Assembly (NCBI GenBank): GCA_043381765.1
Contig: JBHJMP010000434.1
Location: 1-38,298 of the forward strand
Source of the DNA: Collodictyon triciliatum
Taxonomy: Eukaryota
Length of the DNA stretch: 38,298 nt
Reading direction: 5' to 3'
A program made the translations under genes and the position numbers. Under the pieces are notes generated by a model. It searched no databases. It was not told the DNA's origin and saw only the letters and a list, made by a program, of their open reading frames with translations. Each line of letters starts with the position of its first letter. Position 1 is the stretch's first letter. Positions 23,400 to 34,116 of this stretch are shown here, piece by piece.

Positions 23400-24326
23400 T
23401 TTTTAATTCTGCTTTCATTTTTGCTTCTCCTTGTTTTCCTCCTCTCACTTTTCATAGCCCATACGAGCAACAGAAGGAGATAGTCATGATGGAGGATGTT
23501 GCTACGCTTTCATCACTCAGAGTGATGCCAGGATACAATATAATGCTTAAAGGCGAGGTAAAGCTTAAAAGGTAGGGATATACGAATACACCACGAATAT
23601 TTCCTAGATTACTCTCTGTGAGCAGGCAGCTGTTTAACATTTTATTTATCAGTTATATTTATCACATGGTTACTTCTTGATTGTATTATCGGCTCCAATT
23701 TCATTAAATTTATTGTTATCTTGAAAATATTTTTTTATATGGATACATTGTGACCAATTTTAAATTATCTTAGTGATATCCCGAAGGCTTGCCTGTTGGA
23801 GACGTGGAAAAAAGGAGATAAAACAAATTATTACCAATGCATACCATGCGGTATAAAATGTAAGTATGACTAAATGTATATGTATAGAGAGAGAGATTTA
23901 TGGTGCGCATTTATTTATTTATTTTTTCTAAATATTAAATTAAATGATAAAACGTATGCGCTAGGGATTTGTACAAACTGTCTGACATCCTGCCACAGTG
24001 GTATGTCTCCCTACGAGATGAAATCCGACATTTTCATAAATTAATGTGCTTTAATTTTAATTTTAATTTTATTTCTCCTCTACGTTTACATATATATTAT
24101 TCGCATAAGAGACTTAAAAATGAGAGACACTGATTGGAAAAAAAAAATAGAGGTATATTTATGAATGCACATAATCCGGATAGGCCACCAAACAGTCTTA
24201 TTCCTGTCTCAACACACGCCCAACTACGCGTGCTGCTATTGCCCGCGCAAAAAGTGTATGATTCCCTGCAAGGACAAAGGCCCGTCAGCCGCTTCACCAT
24301 CGCAGGCATCGTCGTCCTCATCATAA
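21076..24326 (+). CDS. RING (C3HC4) E3-ligase-like protein with coiled coil, possible ubiquitin-like domain and C-terminal UBR-box-like zinc finger
   Basis: MSDSLRLRVE|VDPILEEFNCPICY...CGHNFCQQC...|KLTCPCC; helical, charged middle exons; FSIEVRPNIRFPRVAVKGSYTKRDVFETLRRLL...TLSSLRVMPGYNIMLKG; YYQCIPCGIK|WICTNCLTSCHS|GHQTVLFLSQHTPNYACCYCPRKKC. TAA is at 24324-24326. Confidence 0.85.
23300..23400. repeat. (TTTC)n microsatellite in an intron of the RING gene
   Basis: Seen directly. Confidence 0.95.
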
Positions 24327-24552
24327 GCCAACGTGGCATCACCCCCAACCTTACTTTCACACAAACTCAATGCACAAGATAAAAGAGAAAAGGAGAGAAT
24401 GAGAAGCAGAGCTGGACAGAGACCAGTGCAGTTCACTGTCTGTCTAATTATTTATTGCCAACCCTCTGCGAAGGTTTATGAGGGGAAGGAAGGGAGGGAG
24501 ACGAGTAATACACAGCGAGAACAAGGAGAACAAGGAGATGGGGAAGGAAAGG

Positions 24553-26577
24553 TCAGAGGGCGTCGCGCTCTGCAGCGAGGGCGTCGGCAATGACGAGGAG
24601 TGCGGCGCGGACGTGGGAGATGGGGAGGTCGAAGGGGGCGGAGGCGAGGGTCTCGTGGTCGAAGGCGACAAAGTCCCTGCCGGCGACGTCGTTGTCGCGG
24701 ACGGCAGCCACGAGGGTGTGGTGGAGGCCCTTGTCGTGGAGGAAGTCGGCCAGCTGGTCGCAGGTCATGGCGCGGAGGGGCGTGTGGCTGTGGTCGTGGC
24801 TGTGGTCGTGGCTGCTGTGGCTGTGGCTGCTGTGGTCGGCGGCGGGGCGCAGGCGGGGGTCGGGGTCGGGGTTGTCGGCCAGGTCTGCGAGGCGCGGGGC
24901 GAGGTCGAGGGCGGTGGGCCTGCGGTGGGGGTCGGGGTGGCAGCAGTCGCGGATGATTGCGGCGAGGCGCGGGGGGCAGCGCGGGGGGCAGGGCAGGGGC
25001 CGGGCGGCGGTCTTGTGGGCCATGATTGCCGAGAGGGCCAGGCCGTCGTAGGGGCGCGAGCCGGTCAGCATGGCCCACAGGACGCAGCCGAACGAGTACA
25101 TGTCGCTGCTGGGCCCGCACGTGCGGAAGTCGAAGGCCTCCGGGGCGACGTAGTGGTACGTGCCGGCAAAGCCCGTGGTGCGCGAGACGGTGTGGCGCGC
25201 CGTGGCCATGCCGAAGTCGGCCAGCTTGGCCACGCCGCCGGCGCACACCAGGATGTTTTCCGGCTTGAGGTCGCGGTGCTCGATGGGCGGCGTGCGCGCG
25301 TGCAGGAAGGCCAGCGCCGCGTTGACGTGCCCCGCGTACAGACCCGCCAGGCCCAGCGGCAGCGCGCCGATCGCGTCCAGCAGCCCCTGCACGCTGCCGC
25401 CCTCCGCGTACTCCAGCACGTACAGCACGCGCCGCTCCTTGAAGCCGTACGCGTGCAGCCGGATGATGTGCTCGTGCGTCAGGCCCAGCAGCAGCCGCGC
25501 CTCCCGCGTCAGCTCCTCGTACTCGGCCGTCCCCGGCCGCGTCTCCTTCTTGGGCACCTTCACCGCCACACGCCCCCGCCGCACCTCCACCACATACACC
25601 TCCCCGAACGCCCCCTCCCCGATCTTGTCCTCCGCCCCAAACGCCGTCGTCAGCACGTCCACGTACTCCCCCTCCACGCCCTCGTGGAACTCCACTGCAG
25701 CATGCCGGGCGGCTCCGCGTTAGTCGGCCGTGGTATTTGCTCTGGGGCCATGCCCGTATGTGGAACGTAAACGGCTTGGGGAAAGGGTTTGTGGATCGAG
25801 TCACTCACGCGGCGCAACATCCACTGCAATCGACGTCCGCGATCCGGTCCGGCTCAGCTGCTGGCTGCTCTCTGCATCCGCCGCCGTCTGTGTTGGGGCA
25901 GAGAGAGAGAGAGAGTCGGTGAGTGCGTCTGTGTGTGGCATGCCCTCCGGCGGTTCAGTCATGCCGGATTGGGAGGTGGGGGTGGGGGCACGACACGCAC
26001 CGCGTAGTAGAGCTCCAGGCGTCGCAGGGAGTGCGCAACTACAATCTCGCCGTGCTTCTCCAGGCAGTGCCAGCAAGGCAGCGTCGTGATCCCCGTCGGT
26101 GCGCGCTTCAGCCCAAACTTGCCCCCAGTCTCTGCCACAAGCATCTTCAGCTCCGTCAGCAGTGGCAGCCACTCTGGTAGCTCCTCAATCTTATTTCATC
26201 AACAAAAAAAAAAAGTGGCAAAAGTTTGTAAGAAAATAATCTGCTAGCCACGCCTCCTTTTTCTCACTCACTAATTCTCTACTATTTTTTCTTTTTCTCT
26301 CTGTTGCAAAAGAAAACTGTGCTTGTGTACGTACCAAGTTCTTGTTGATGTTCAGGAACGTCAGGTGGAGCAGGACAGACATGTGGTGCGGCAGGAAGTT
26401 CAGCTGGTTGTTTTCCAGAGACAGGTGGAGCAGGGTGGTCAGTGAGCCCAGCCCTTGGGGGACCGTCTTCAGTCCACGCCCGTTCAGCTCCAGCTGTGTA
26501 CAGTTCAGCAACGACGACGCGGGCGAGTACGTCGGCTTCAGTGCCTTCAGATCTTTGATCTTGAACTCTGACGACAT
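24553..26577 (-). CDS. LRR-protein kinase (TKL-like)-SAM protein, copy A, 550 aa; exons 26335-26577, 26001-26189, 25809-25887, 24553-25694
   Basis: Three 23-aa LRRs plus one degenerate repeat. The kinase has IGEGAFGEVY, VAVK, HRDLKPEN, DFG, GTYHYVAPE, SDMYSFG and RRPT. A His/Ser linker is followed by the SAM-like MTCDQLADFLHDKGL...VRDNDVAGRDFVAFDHETL. GT-AG introns have phases 0,0,1, with a branch-like GACTAAC in intron 3. Confidence 0.9.
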
Positions 26578-28048
26578 GTCTGTGTGTATATTGGTTCTTT
26601 TTTTTTTTTGTTCGGAGCCCTCTTCTGAGTCTTTCCTTGGCTCCCTTGTTGCTCTCCTTGTTCGAGTGCAAGTCCGTGCGCTTCTGCTTCGGCAGTGCTA
26701 CCTCCTGCTAGGGCGTGAGAGTGCTAGGGAATGTGTGTGGGGAGGCGTTGTTTAGTGAGGCAAAGCACTTTGTTTTCTTTTTTTTTCTTCTCCTAGTTAT
26801 GTGAGCTCTCGTTCCCGTGTGCGGGGAAGAGTTGTAGGCTAGTAAGTATTGGCAGTGTTTCTTGAGGGTTTTCCACATTCTTGATTGATCTTTGCAGCCT
26901 CGCAATGTCGTTAGAAGGGCGAGTTTGCTCCGCATGATTGTCTCTCATTGCTTCACAAGCTATGAAGCGAGGGCTGGATTCCAAAATGTCCCTGACGCGA
27001 GGGAGAATTCATGATTGAGATGAAAACAACGGATCGAAATTCGGCCTTATATTCTCCTGTTTGCCTTGCGCTAAGGGCGGCCAAAGAAGTTGTGGATGTT
27101 TTGTGTTGAAACGGAGATCGACTACCTCACACAAGCGCCACTGCCATAAACGTGCGGGAAATCGGCCTGTCGTCTCTAGTCGGCAATCTTGTACGTTTGT
27201 GGAAAACGAAACAGCTGCTTTTTCAATGGAAGTTTTGGCATACTCGAACGTTCCTTTACTTAACCAGAAAGCCAGACACAACACCCACAACAACTCAGCA
27301 ACTCTAATCATCCTTTTGCAAGCAAAACATGTGGATTATGTAGAGTTTTTTCCCTCCCACAAGTCGATTAGGACTATCGAATGAGGCACTTTGACATTTT
27401 CTGATTCTCGTTTGAAAGGAAAAGAGCCACACAGGTGTTTCAAAGAACGAGACCCGAATCAGAAGTTGCACGTGAAGGTTCTAGAAGACTGATGGAACTT
27501 TCGATTTCAAATGTGGAACAGAAAATTCGCGGCAACTTTGGTCCACATTAGTGGAAATTCAATGAAAGGACCAGCAATTAAAGAAAAATCTCTGTCCGTC
27601 TCCTTCTGGAATTATATTTGTGCGAAAGACGGTATAAAAGCGCATTCATTCCTTGTATTTTTTTACCACCCATCTTAGCCACGTCACAGCGAAGGTTAGC
27701 GGAACGAGCTCGGTGCAGGGGGATTGATTGTGATCGGTTCGTGAAGGCCAACCAAACCCAACGTCTCTAAGCAGGAGCAAAGGATCAACTTCACAGACAA
27801 CGACACAACAAACCTCTGCAGCACAAGAGCCATCCGACAGACTGTACGCCTGGCCAACAAAACAAAGCCATAAGGCACAACACCGCTTCTGCCACACCTT
27901 TTTGTCCACAAACAAATCTCCCTCTCGCTGTGCCTTCAATCACACAGCTCTTCAAGATTCTAACGAATAAATCTTCCCATCTTCAAGGAACACGCTGCGG
28001 AGAATCAGCCACTAGTAAACCAAAGAGCCTAGACACTCGAAACTCAGA
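26578..28048. promoter_or_regulatory. Shared 1.47-kb upstream region of the divergent LRR-kinase pair (candidate bidirectional promoter)
   Basis: Lies between the two start codons. No convincing coding sequence was found, and no specific motifs were identified. Confidence 0.45.
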
Positions 28049-30257
28049 ATGGGGGCCAACCAGTCACTCAAAGGGTTGTCGTCAGAACAGAAAGAGCAGT
28101 TCAGGCTGCTCAAGAAACTGGACCCGGGATTCTACCCCGACGACCAACCGCTGATAAAAACCTCACAACTTTGCCTTAACAACAAGAACCTACGCACTGT
28201 CCCACCCGGGATCTCCCTTCTCACAAACATGAACGCCCTGTGGCTAGAACAGAACCACCTCTCCAGTCTCACAACGACAATCACCTGCCTCACAACACTC
28301 ACCATGCTCCGCATTTTCAACAACAAATTTTCGGAAGTGCCCAGCCAGATCTCATTCCTGACTGACCTCCAGCACCTGTTTCTTAACGTCAACTCAATCA
28401 GCTACTTCCCTGAGTGGTTCACGACGCTAACCAAGCTGTGCCATCTCTCTGCGGAGTCCAATAACCTCTCATGCGTCCCTCCTCAAGTCTCTGTCCTCAC
28501 CAAGCTGACTTACTTAAATATACACAGCAATCCGGTAATCATTACTATTACTTTCTCTCTGCTTCTCTGTTTTCATTTGGAAGTTATTCCCAACTCGATC
28601 TTCACCCAACCCCAATCATCCATAGATGGAGGATCTGCCCGACTGGATTGTAATGTTCAAGCAACTAAAAGTCCTGCTTGTAGAAAGCCTTGGCAAAGTC
28701 AACGTCAAACACCTGCCCCGCCCGATCTCAACGCTCCCATGCTGGACCAACAGAGATAAATACAGCGGTATAATTGTGGCTGAATCCCTTCAGAAACTCA
28801 ACCTCCGCGACATGGTAAGCTGGACTCCTTTCTCTCATGCTTTAGTTTCAGTACTTGCATAGACACGCGCCTCACCGGGTTCTTTTTTTCTGGCTCTTTA
28901 CTCCAGTATGAGTCCATGGAAGAGCTCGAAGAAAAATACAGGCCCCCTGTGACCATTTCTGTGAATCCCTCCCTGCTGAGTAGCAGCATCAGCCTCTACA
29001 CACCGTCGGGAGCCTTAAGATCCTTTGCAGATTTTATTCCTGATAACGGTATGTCGAGCTCACCTTCCTATAAAACTTCACTCTCCGTCTGGCAGAGAAC
29101 CTTTCACTTGACTCTTGGCGAACCACATGAACATAGACCTAACCCAAATATATCTCTCATGTAAACTAGGTGAAAATGACGAACCGGTTGTAGGAGACTA
29201 CGCAGACGTCATGTATGCAGATTTCAACGAAACAAACAAGCTCGGGGAGGGAGGCTTCGGAGATGCCTACAAGGTCCAACTGCAAAAAGGCGTTGTTGCA
29301 GTAAAGGTCCTGAAGAAGGAGACCAAGCCAAAGACACCCGAATATGAGGAGCTCACCCGAGAGGCTCGCCTCATGATCCAGCTCGACCACGTGAACATCA
29401 TTGGGATGTATGGCTACGGGTGTAGAGCAAGGAAAGTCCTATATGTCATGGAATATGCCGACGGCAAGAGCATCGAAGACCTCATTAAGGCCGGCGGCCC
29501 GCTCCCATTCGACAAGCTCATGCTGTACACAATCCAAATTAATGCTGGCCTAGAGTATCTGCACAGCCGAAATCCGCCTGTGGAGCACCGCGATCTGAAG
29601 CCCGAAAACGTCCTTTTGTGCGGTGGTGTGGCCAAGATATGCGACTTTGGGCTTTCCACAGCGCGCGAGACTGTGTCCCGCGCCACCCAGTTTGCCGGCA
29701 CCTACCACTACGTGACTCCAGAGTCCTTCGACATGAAAGCCTACGGGCCCATGAGCGACATCTACACATTCGGCCTCGTCATCTGGTCCATGCTGACTGG
29801 CTCGCGCCCGTACGATGGCATGACCTTGCCGCAAATCATGGCCCAGAAGACCAAGAAGAAGACGCCGGAAATACCGCCCACTTGCTCAGCCAAGCTCGCT
29901 ATGCTCTTAAAGAATTGTTGGGAGCTTGACCCTCGTCAGCGCCCCACGGCTGCACAGCTGACTCCGAGGCTGGAAGAAATCCAGAGAGACCCTGGCCCAT
30001 CGGTAGGGCAGCAGCCACGGTCCGTGGTTGGGATGAGCAATGCCGACCTGGTGGTCTATCTGACCGAGAAGCGTGTTTATCCTTCCTTTGTTGCAGCCGT
30101 CAAAGACAGCGGGGTGAGCGGCACAGACTTCTTGGCATTCACAGAGGAAGACTTACTCAGCTCCCCGTTCCTACTCTCAAAGTTCCAAGCCAAGTTTGTT
30201 CTGAAGCTCATCAACGAAGCAAAAGAGGTTGCGAATGAATCATCCGATCAGGGGTAA
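28049..30257 (+). CDS. LRR-protein kinase (TKL-like)-SAM protein, copy B, 634 aa; exons 28049-28534, 28626-28814, 28907-29048, 29170-30257
   Basis: MGANQS start (G2, S6); six 23-aa LRRs plus one degenerate repeat. The kinase has FNETNKLGEGGFGDAYK, VAVK, HRDLKPEN, DFG, GTYHYVTPE, SDIYTFG and QRPT. The SAM-like tail reads MSNADLVVYLTEK...VKDSGVSGTDFLAFTEEDL...VLKLI. Intron phases are 0,0,1. Confidence 0.92.
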
Positions 30258-30882
30258 GGTTCTCACGCCTTTTTTTTCTTCCTTTCCGTTTCATTCGGTC
30301 TTCGCATTCACTTTAGGCTAATAAGCCATTTTTTAAGTGCCTTACCTTCTCATATACAATCTGTACCAATGCAACATTCTTGTTATTTGTCGAAGGATAA
30401 TAAGCACTTTGGTAAACTGTGTTCTCACTTTTTTTCTACCGCGCGTTCGACAGTGACAAGGAGTAAAGGTCGTATCTCCAAAACAAACACCCACGAATCC
30501 AGTCTATAGTAAGTTGAACCCCGTAAAGGCCCCGTTATCATCATCATCTTTTCTTTTCTTCATCCCATCATACTCCTGCAAAACAAACACTCCAAAGCCA
30601 CCACACTTTCTCTCATTCTTCGTCCCTTGATGATTATTCGTACACAGCAGAATAAAGCCTACCAGCCCAGTACCCACAGCCTTGTCCTGTTGTGTTTTGT
30701 CTCTTTGCGCACCAATCGAAGTTTGAGAAGAGAAAGAAAAAACCAACGCCTCTATCCTGTCCTTCTCCTTTGTGTTCTCCTTATTCTTGGCCTCCTCTCT
30801 GTCGCGAACAAAGGATCAGGCTGTCTCGTCCAGGCCACGGCGAATAATTGCGACTTCATACCCACACAAGCCCCAAGACAGG

Positions 30883-33547
30883 ATGTTGGGCAAAAGAGTG
30901 AGTCTTCTCTCTGTCTGTGTCTGTGTCTGTGTCTGTGTCTGTGTGTGCCGCTTGCGATCGGACTGGGCTGCGAGCCCGAGACATCCTCCTTTTCCCAACG
31001 CACGCGGAGTCGCCAAACCCGAACCCAGATGCGAAGGCGACGCAGCAAAGAAATTATTTACACAAAGCTCTTTCTCTTTTTCTCTCTTTTTTCTCTCTTT
31101 TTTCTCTCTTTTTTCTCTCTTTTTTCTCTCTTTTTTCTCTCTTTTTTCTCTCTTTTTTCTCTCTTTTTTCTCTCTTTTTTCTCCCTTTTTCCCCTTTTTC
31201 CCCTTTTTTTTTCTCTTTTTCTGAGACAGAACTTGGCGAAAGAAAGCTACCACGGGAAGGCAGAGCAGATGGAGCCACACGGACGCGGTGCGAGTGGGGG
31301 TGTCTCTGTTGCAGTTCTATCCACGCCGACTGCGGTGCATGACATCAACGACGCAAACGAAAGCCGATCTGAGGCGGCAAAGCAGCGCAGGAAGCTGGAG
31401 GGCATTCGCCAACTCACAAGGCTCCAGGGAATGAACGTGAAGGTATCTGCAACACTCACGCACGTCACAACCGACCTGCATGATGGCGCCCTGCGAAATC
31501 GAAGAATCTCAAAACTGATGGAAACCAACGGGGAATTCGTTTGTGCATTCATTTACCTCTGTGTTTATTTATTTATCTATTTGTTTGTCTATTTGTTTTG
31601 TTTGTTTGTTTGTTTGTCTGTTTGTTTATCTATTTGTTTGTTTTGTTTTATTCGTCTGTGAATCGAACGACGTTGGACTCGATTGCAATTTGCTCAGCAA
31701 CAATCAACTTCCGAATAGCATAGCAAACCAAGTGAATAATACAATCAACTTGTAGTTGGACTCTAGCTTTGATGCTGCAGACCAGGACATCACGACAGAG
31801 TTTGCTCGAGTATCCCATTTCATAAACACCCTGGAATCGACCCTCATCGAACAGGTCTTGTTGAGATAACTATATATATCCATAAAAAAAAAAAGAAAAG
31901 AAAAAGAGGAAGATAAATCTATTTCTTTGTCCGCGCGCCTTCCTCCCATTATGTATGTGATGCTCATATGCATTTCCCTACTCAAAAATCTAGTGCAAGA
32001 GCATGCGCCACCGACTCAACAAAAGCTCCAACATGGACGAGCAGATATACCTCATCCACATGACACGATTGCGATACATGTCGGCACACGCACAAAGGAG
32101 CATCCAAACTATGACAGGAATCGAGCGTAAAATCGAAAAATCACAGCCCTTCTGTGTACAGACGCGCAGCCAAGTCCGCCACAGCGGGCCAGCATCAGAG
32201 CCCAAACGCTCGAAAAACACACCTCCCGAGACGGCTGCGCCCATCGGAGAAGCCCCGCTGGAAACGCCTTCTACGCCCACTACACCGAAACTCTTCCATC
32301 TTGCTCATCTTTGTACTATTGTCACACAAGTCTCCACTTCTCCCGTCCCCGCAATGACATCACGCTCTATTGCATCCTTTCAACACACCCAGCATCAGTC
32401 GCAGATTCCGCAATCACAGAGCCTCAAAAGCAGTGCTCATCTCCACAACCATCGTCCCCACCCCAATCATCCTTGTCACTCATCAGAGCAGCAGCAAACA
32501 GTGGACGAGATTCGGCTTCTGCTCTCTCGCAAAGTGAACAACCCCATCCGCATCGCGCTGCCCGATGTGCTTCAGCTCAACACTCTCCACCAACAAATGG
32601 ACCTCCTTCCTTTTATCTTCCTTGGGCGAGACTTTATTCCTCGACCAATGGGTTTACGCACGCTTGGAAGGCAACGACCCAGCCAGACAATCCAGCTGCC
32701 TCCAGACCAGCTCATGAGCCACGGCAGCATCTGCATCCACCCAAAGACCCACGAGATTCTTGTGCCAAATGCAACGCGCGGTGTGATTCTGTCCATCAGC
32801 CCATTCAGTGGCGAGAATGGCCTTTCAAGCATGATGAATCCTGTAGCTGCAGCCGCTGTTGCTGTTTGGGCTCCACTTCCGAGAGCCACCTGCAGTCAGA
32901 TTGCATTACCCACGCGCATGTGCATCTCCAACGATGGCCACTTCCTCGCTGTGGTAGACTCTGCCTCGCGATGCGTACATGTTTACGACTTTGTGTCCCG
33001 CCAAGTCTCTCACTCTATTCACGTGCATGAGAGACCGAGTGACTCGTTTCATCAGACGCCGGTGGATGTTGCCTTCGACTCGGAAAACAATCTGTATGTA
33101 GCATCCCCATCTGCCTGCGCGATATTCAAGTACGACCCTTACGGTTTGTTTCTGATGCGATTAAGCGGGGTGGAAAACAGGGCGTGTGTCGGAAATGCTG
33201 CGAGTGTCTTGGTCAACGATACAGACGAGATTGCAACTGTGATGGCGCATGGCAATCGGCTCAAAGTCTGGAGCAGCGAAGGTAAATTCTGCAGGTCATT
33301 TTTTGTGCCACCAACACTGCCGGATAATGCCCTTGGTCGTGGGTGGAATGGCGGAATACTTCTGGCAGACTCGTGGAATAATGTTGTTTATCATGTCTCT
33401 CGTGATGGTGCGGTGGAGCGGCTTCTCGAGGTGGCCCATCCCCGGGCTGCTGCGGTGGATTCACACGGCTTTCTCTTTGTGCTGCACGACGTGCATCCGA
33501 TGCTTTCTGTCTGGGCCGGTGGATTCGATGCAGATTTCATGCAATAG
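30883..33547 (+). CDS. Coiled-coil + NHL-repeat (beta-propeller) protein; exons 30883-30897, 31230-31538, 31756-31854, 31994-33547
   Basis: Phase-0 junctions throughout. C-terminal blades: LPTRMCISNDGHFLAVVDSASRCVHVYD, PVDVAFDSENNLYVASPSACAIFKYDPYG, GNRLKVWSSEGKFCRSF, GGILLADSWNNVVYHVSRDG, HPRAAAVDSHGFLFV. The 15-nt first exon (MLGKR) is tentative; an alternative start is at 31269. Confidence 0.82.
31070..31221. repeat. (TTTTTTCTCTC)n pyrimidine minisatellite in NHL gene intron 1, with a (TGTCTG)n tract nearby at ~30912-30945
   Basis: Seen directly. Confidence 0.9.
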
Positions 33548-33775
33548 CGTCACTTTTCGGTGACTCCTTAGCAATAGATCCGCATCTGCCGAATTCGCGG
33601 AATTATGATTGGGTAGCATTTATCAGTTTACGGCTGTTTTATTTTTCTTTTGTTTTTTTTTAATATGCCCTAGCATTAAAATATTCCCTTAATCCACAAA
33701 GACGAGAATACACAAACTTGATTGCCAGATGTCATTTTCCTAAACATTTCATTCTCTATCACACACTTTTTTTTT

Positions 33776-33806
<31 letters not shown>

Positions 33807-34116
33807 GAAGCAAAATCCTGGCCAAAAGGAATAAATATGCAATCACATTGATAATACATTAGAAGTAGTGTATTGTTTGTTCAATCACGTTTCTTTCTCT
33901 CGTGTATTTTTTTGTTTCTGTCGTTCTGCTGTTGTAATTTATTATTATTTTCTTGTTTACTTGGTCGCATACAGATTATTATTGACAGGCACAATACCAC
34001 ATAACGAAAGCAATCAATAAGACCCCGAGTCATTAATATATAGATTTGGTGTCAAGCACCTTTCAAGAAGATAAAGGAAAGAATAAAGTAAGCGTATCAC
34101 TCCAAACAATTACCCA

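Noticed and set aside
24476-25804. Long overlapping ORFs (430 aa on +, 442 aa in an alternative - frame, and others) over kinase A
   Set aside because: Expected shadows of very high GC3, where stop codons are scarce; the products are low-complexity Gly/Ala/Arg/Val with no motifs.
26700-27960. Short ORFs (60-107 aa) in the spacer between the LRR kinases
   Set aside because: No domain-like sequence or consistent splice structure; treated as intergenic.
21076-33547. Idea that the RING gene and the NHL gene are halves of one TRIM-NHL gene split by the kinase pair
   Set aside because: The RING gene has its own complete C-terminal zinc finger and stop, and the NHL gene has its own start; no B-box follows the RING.
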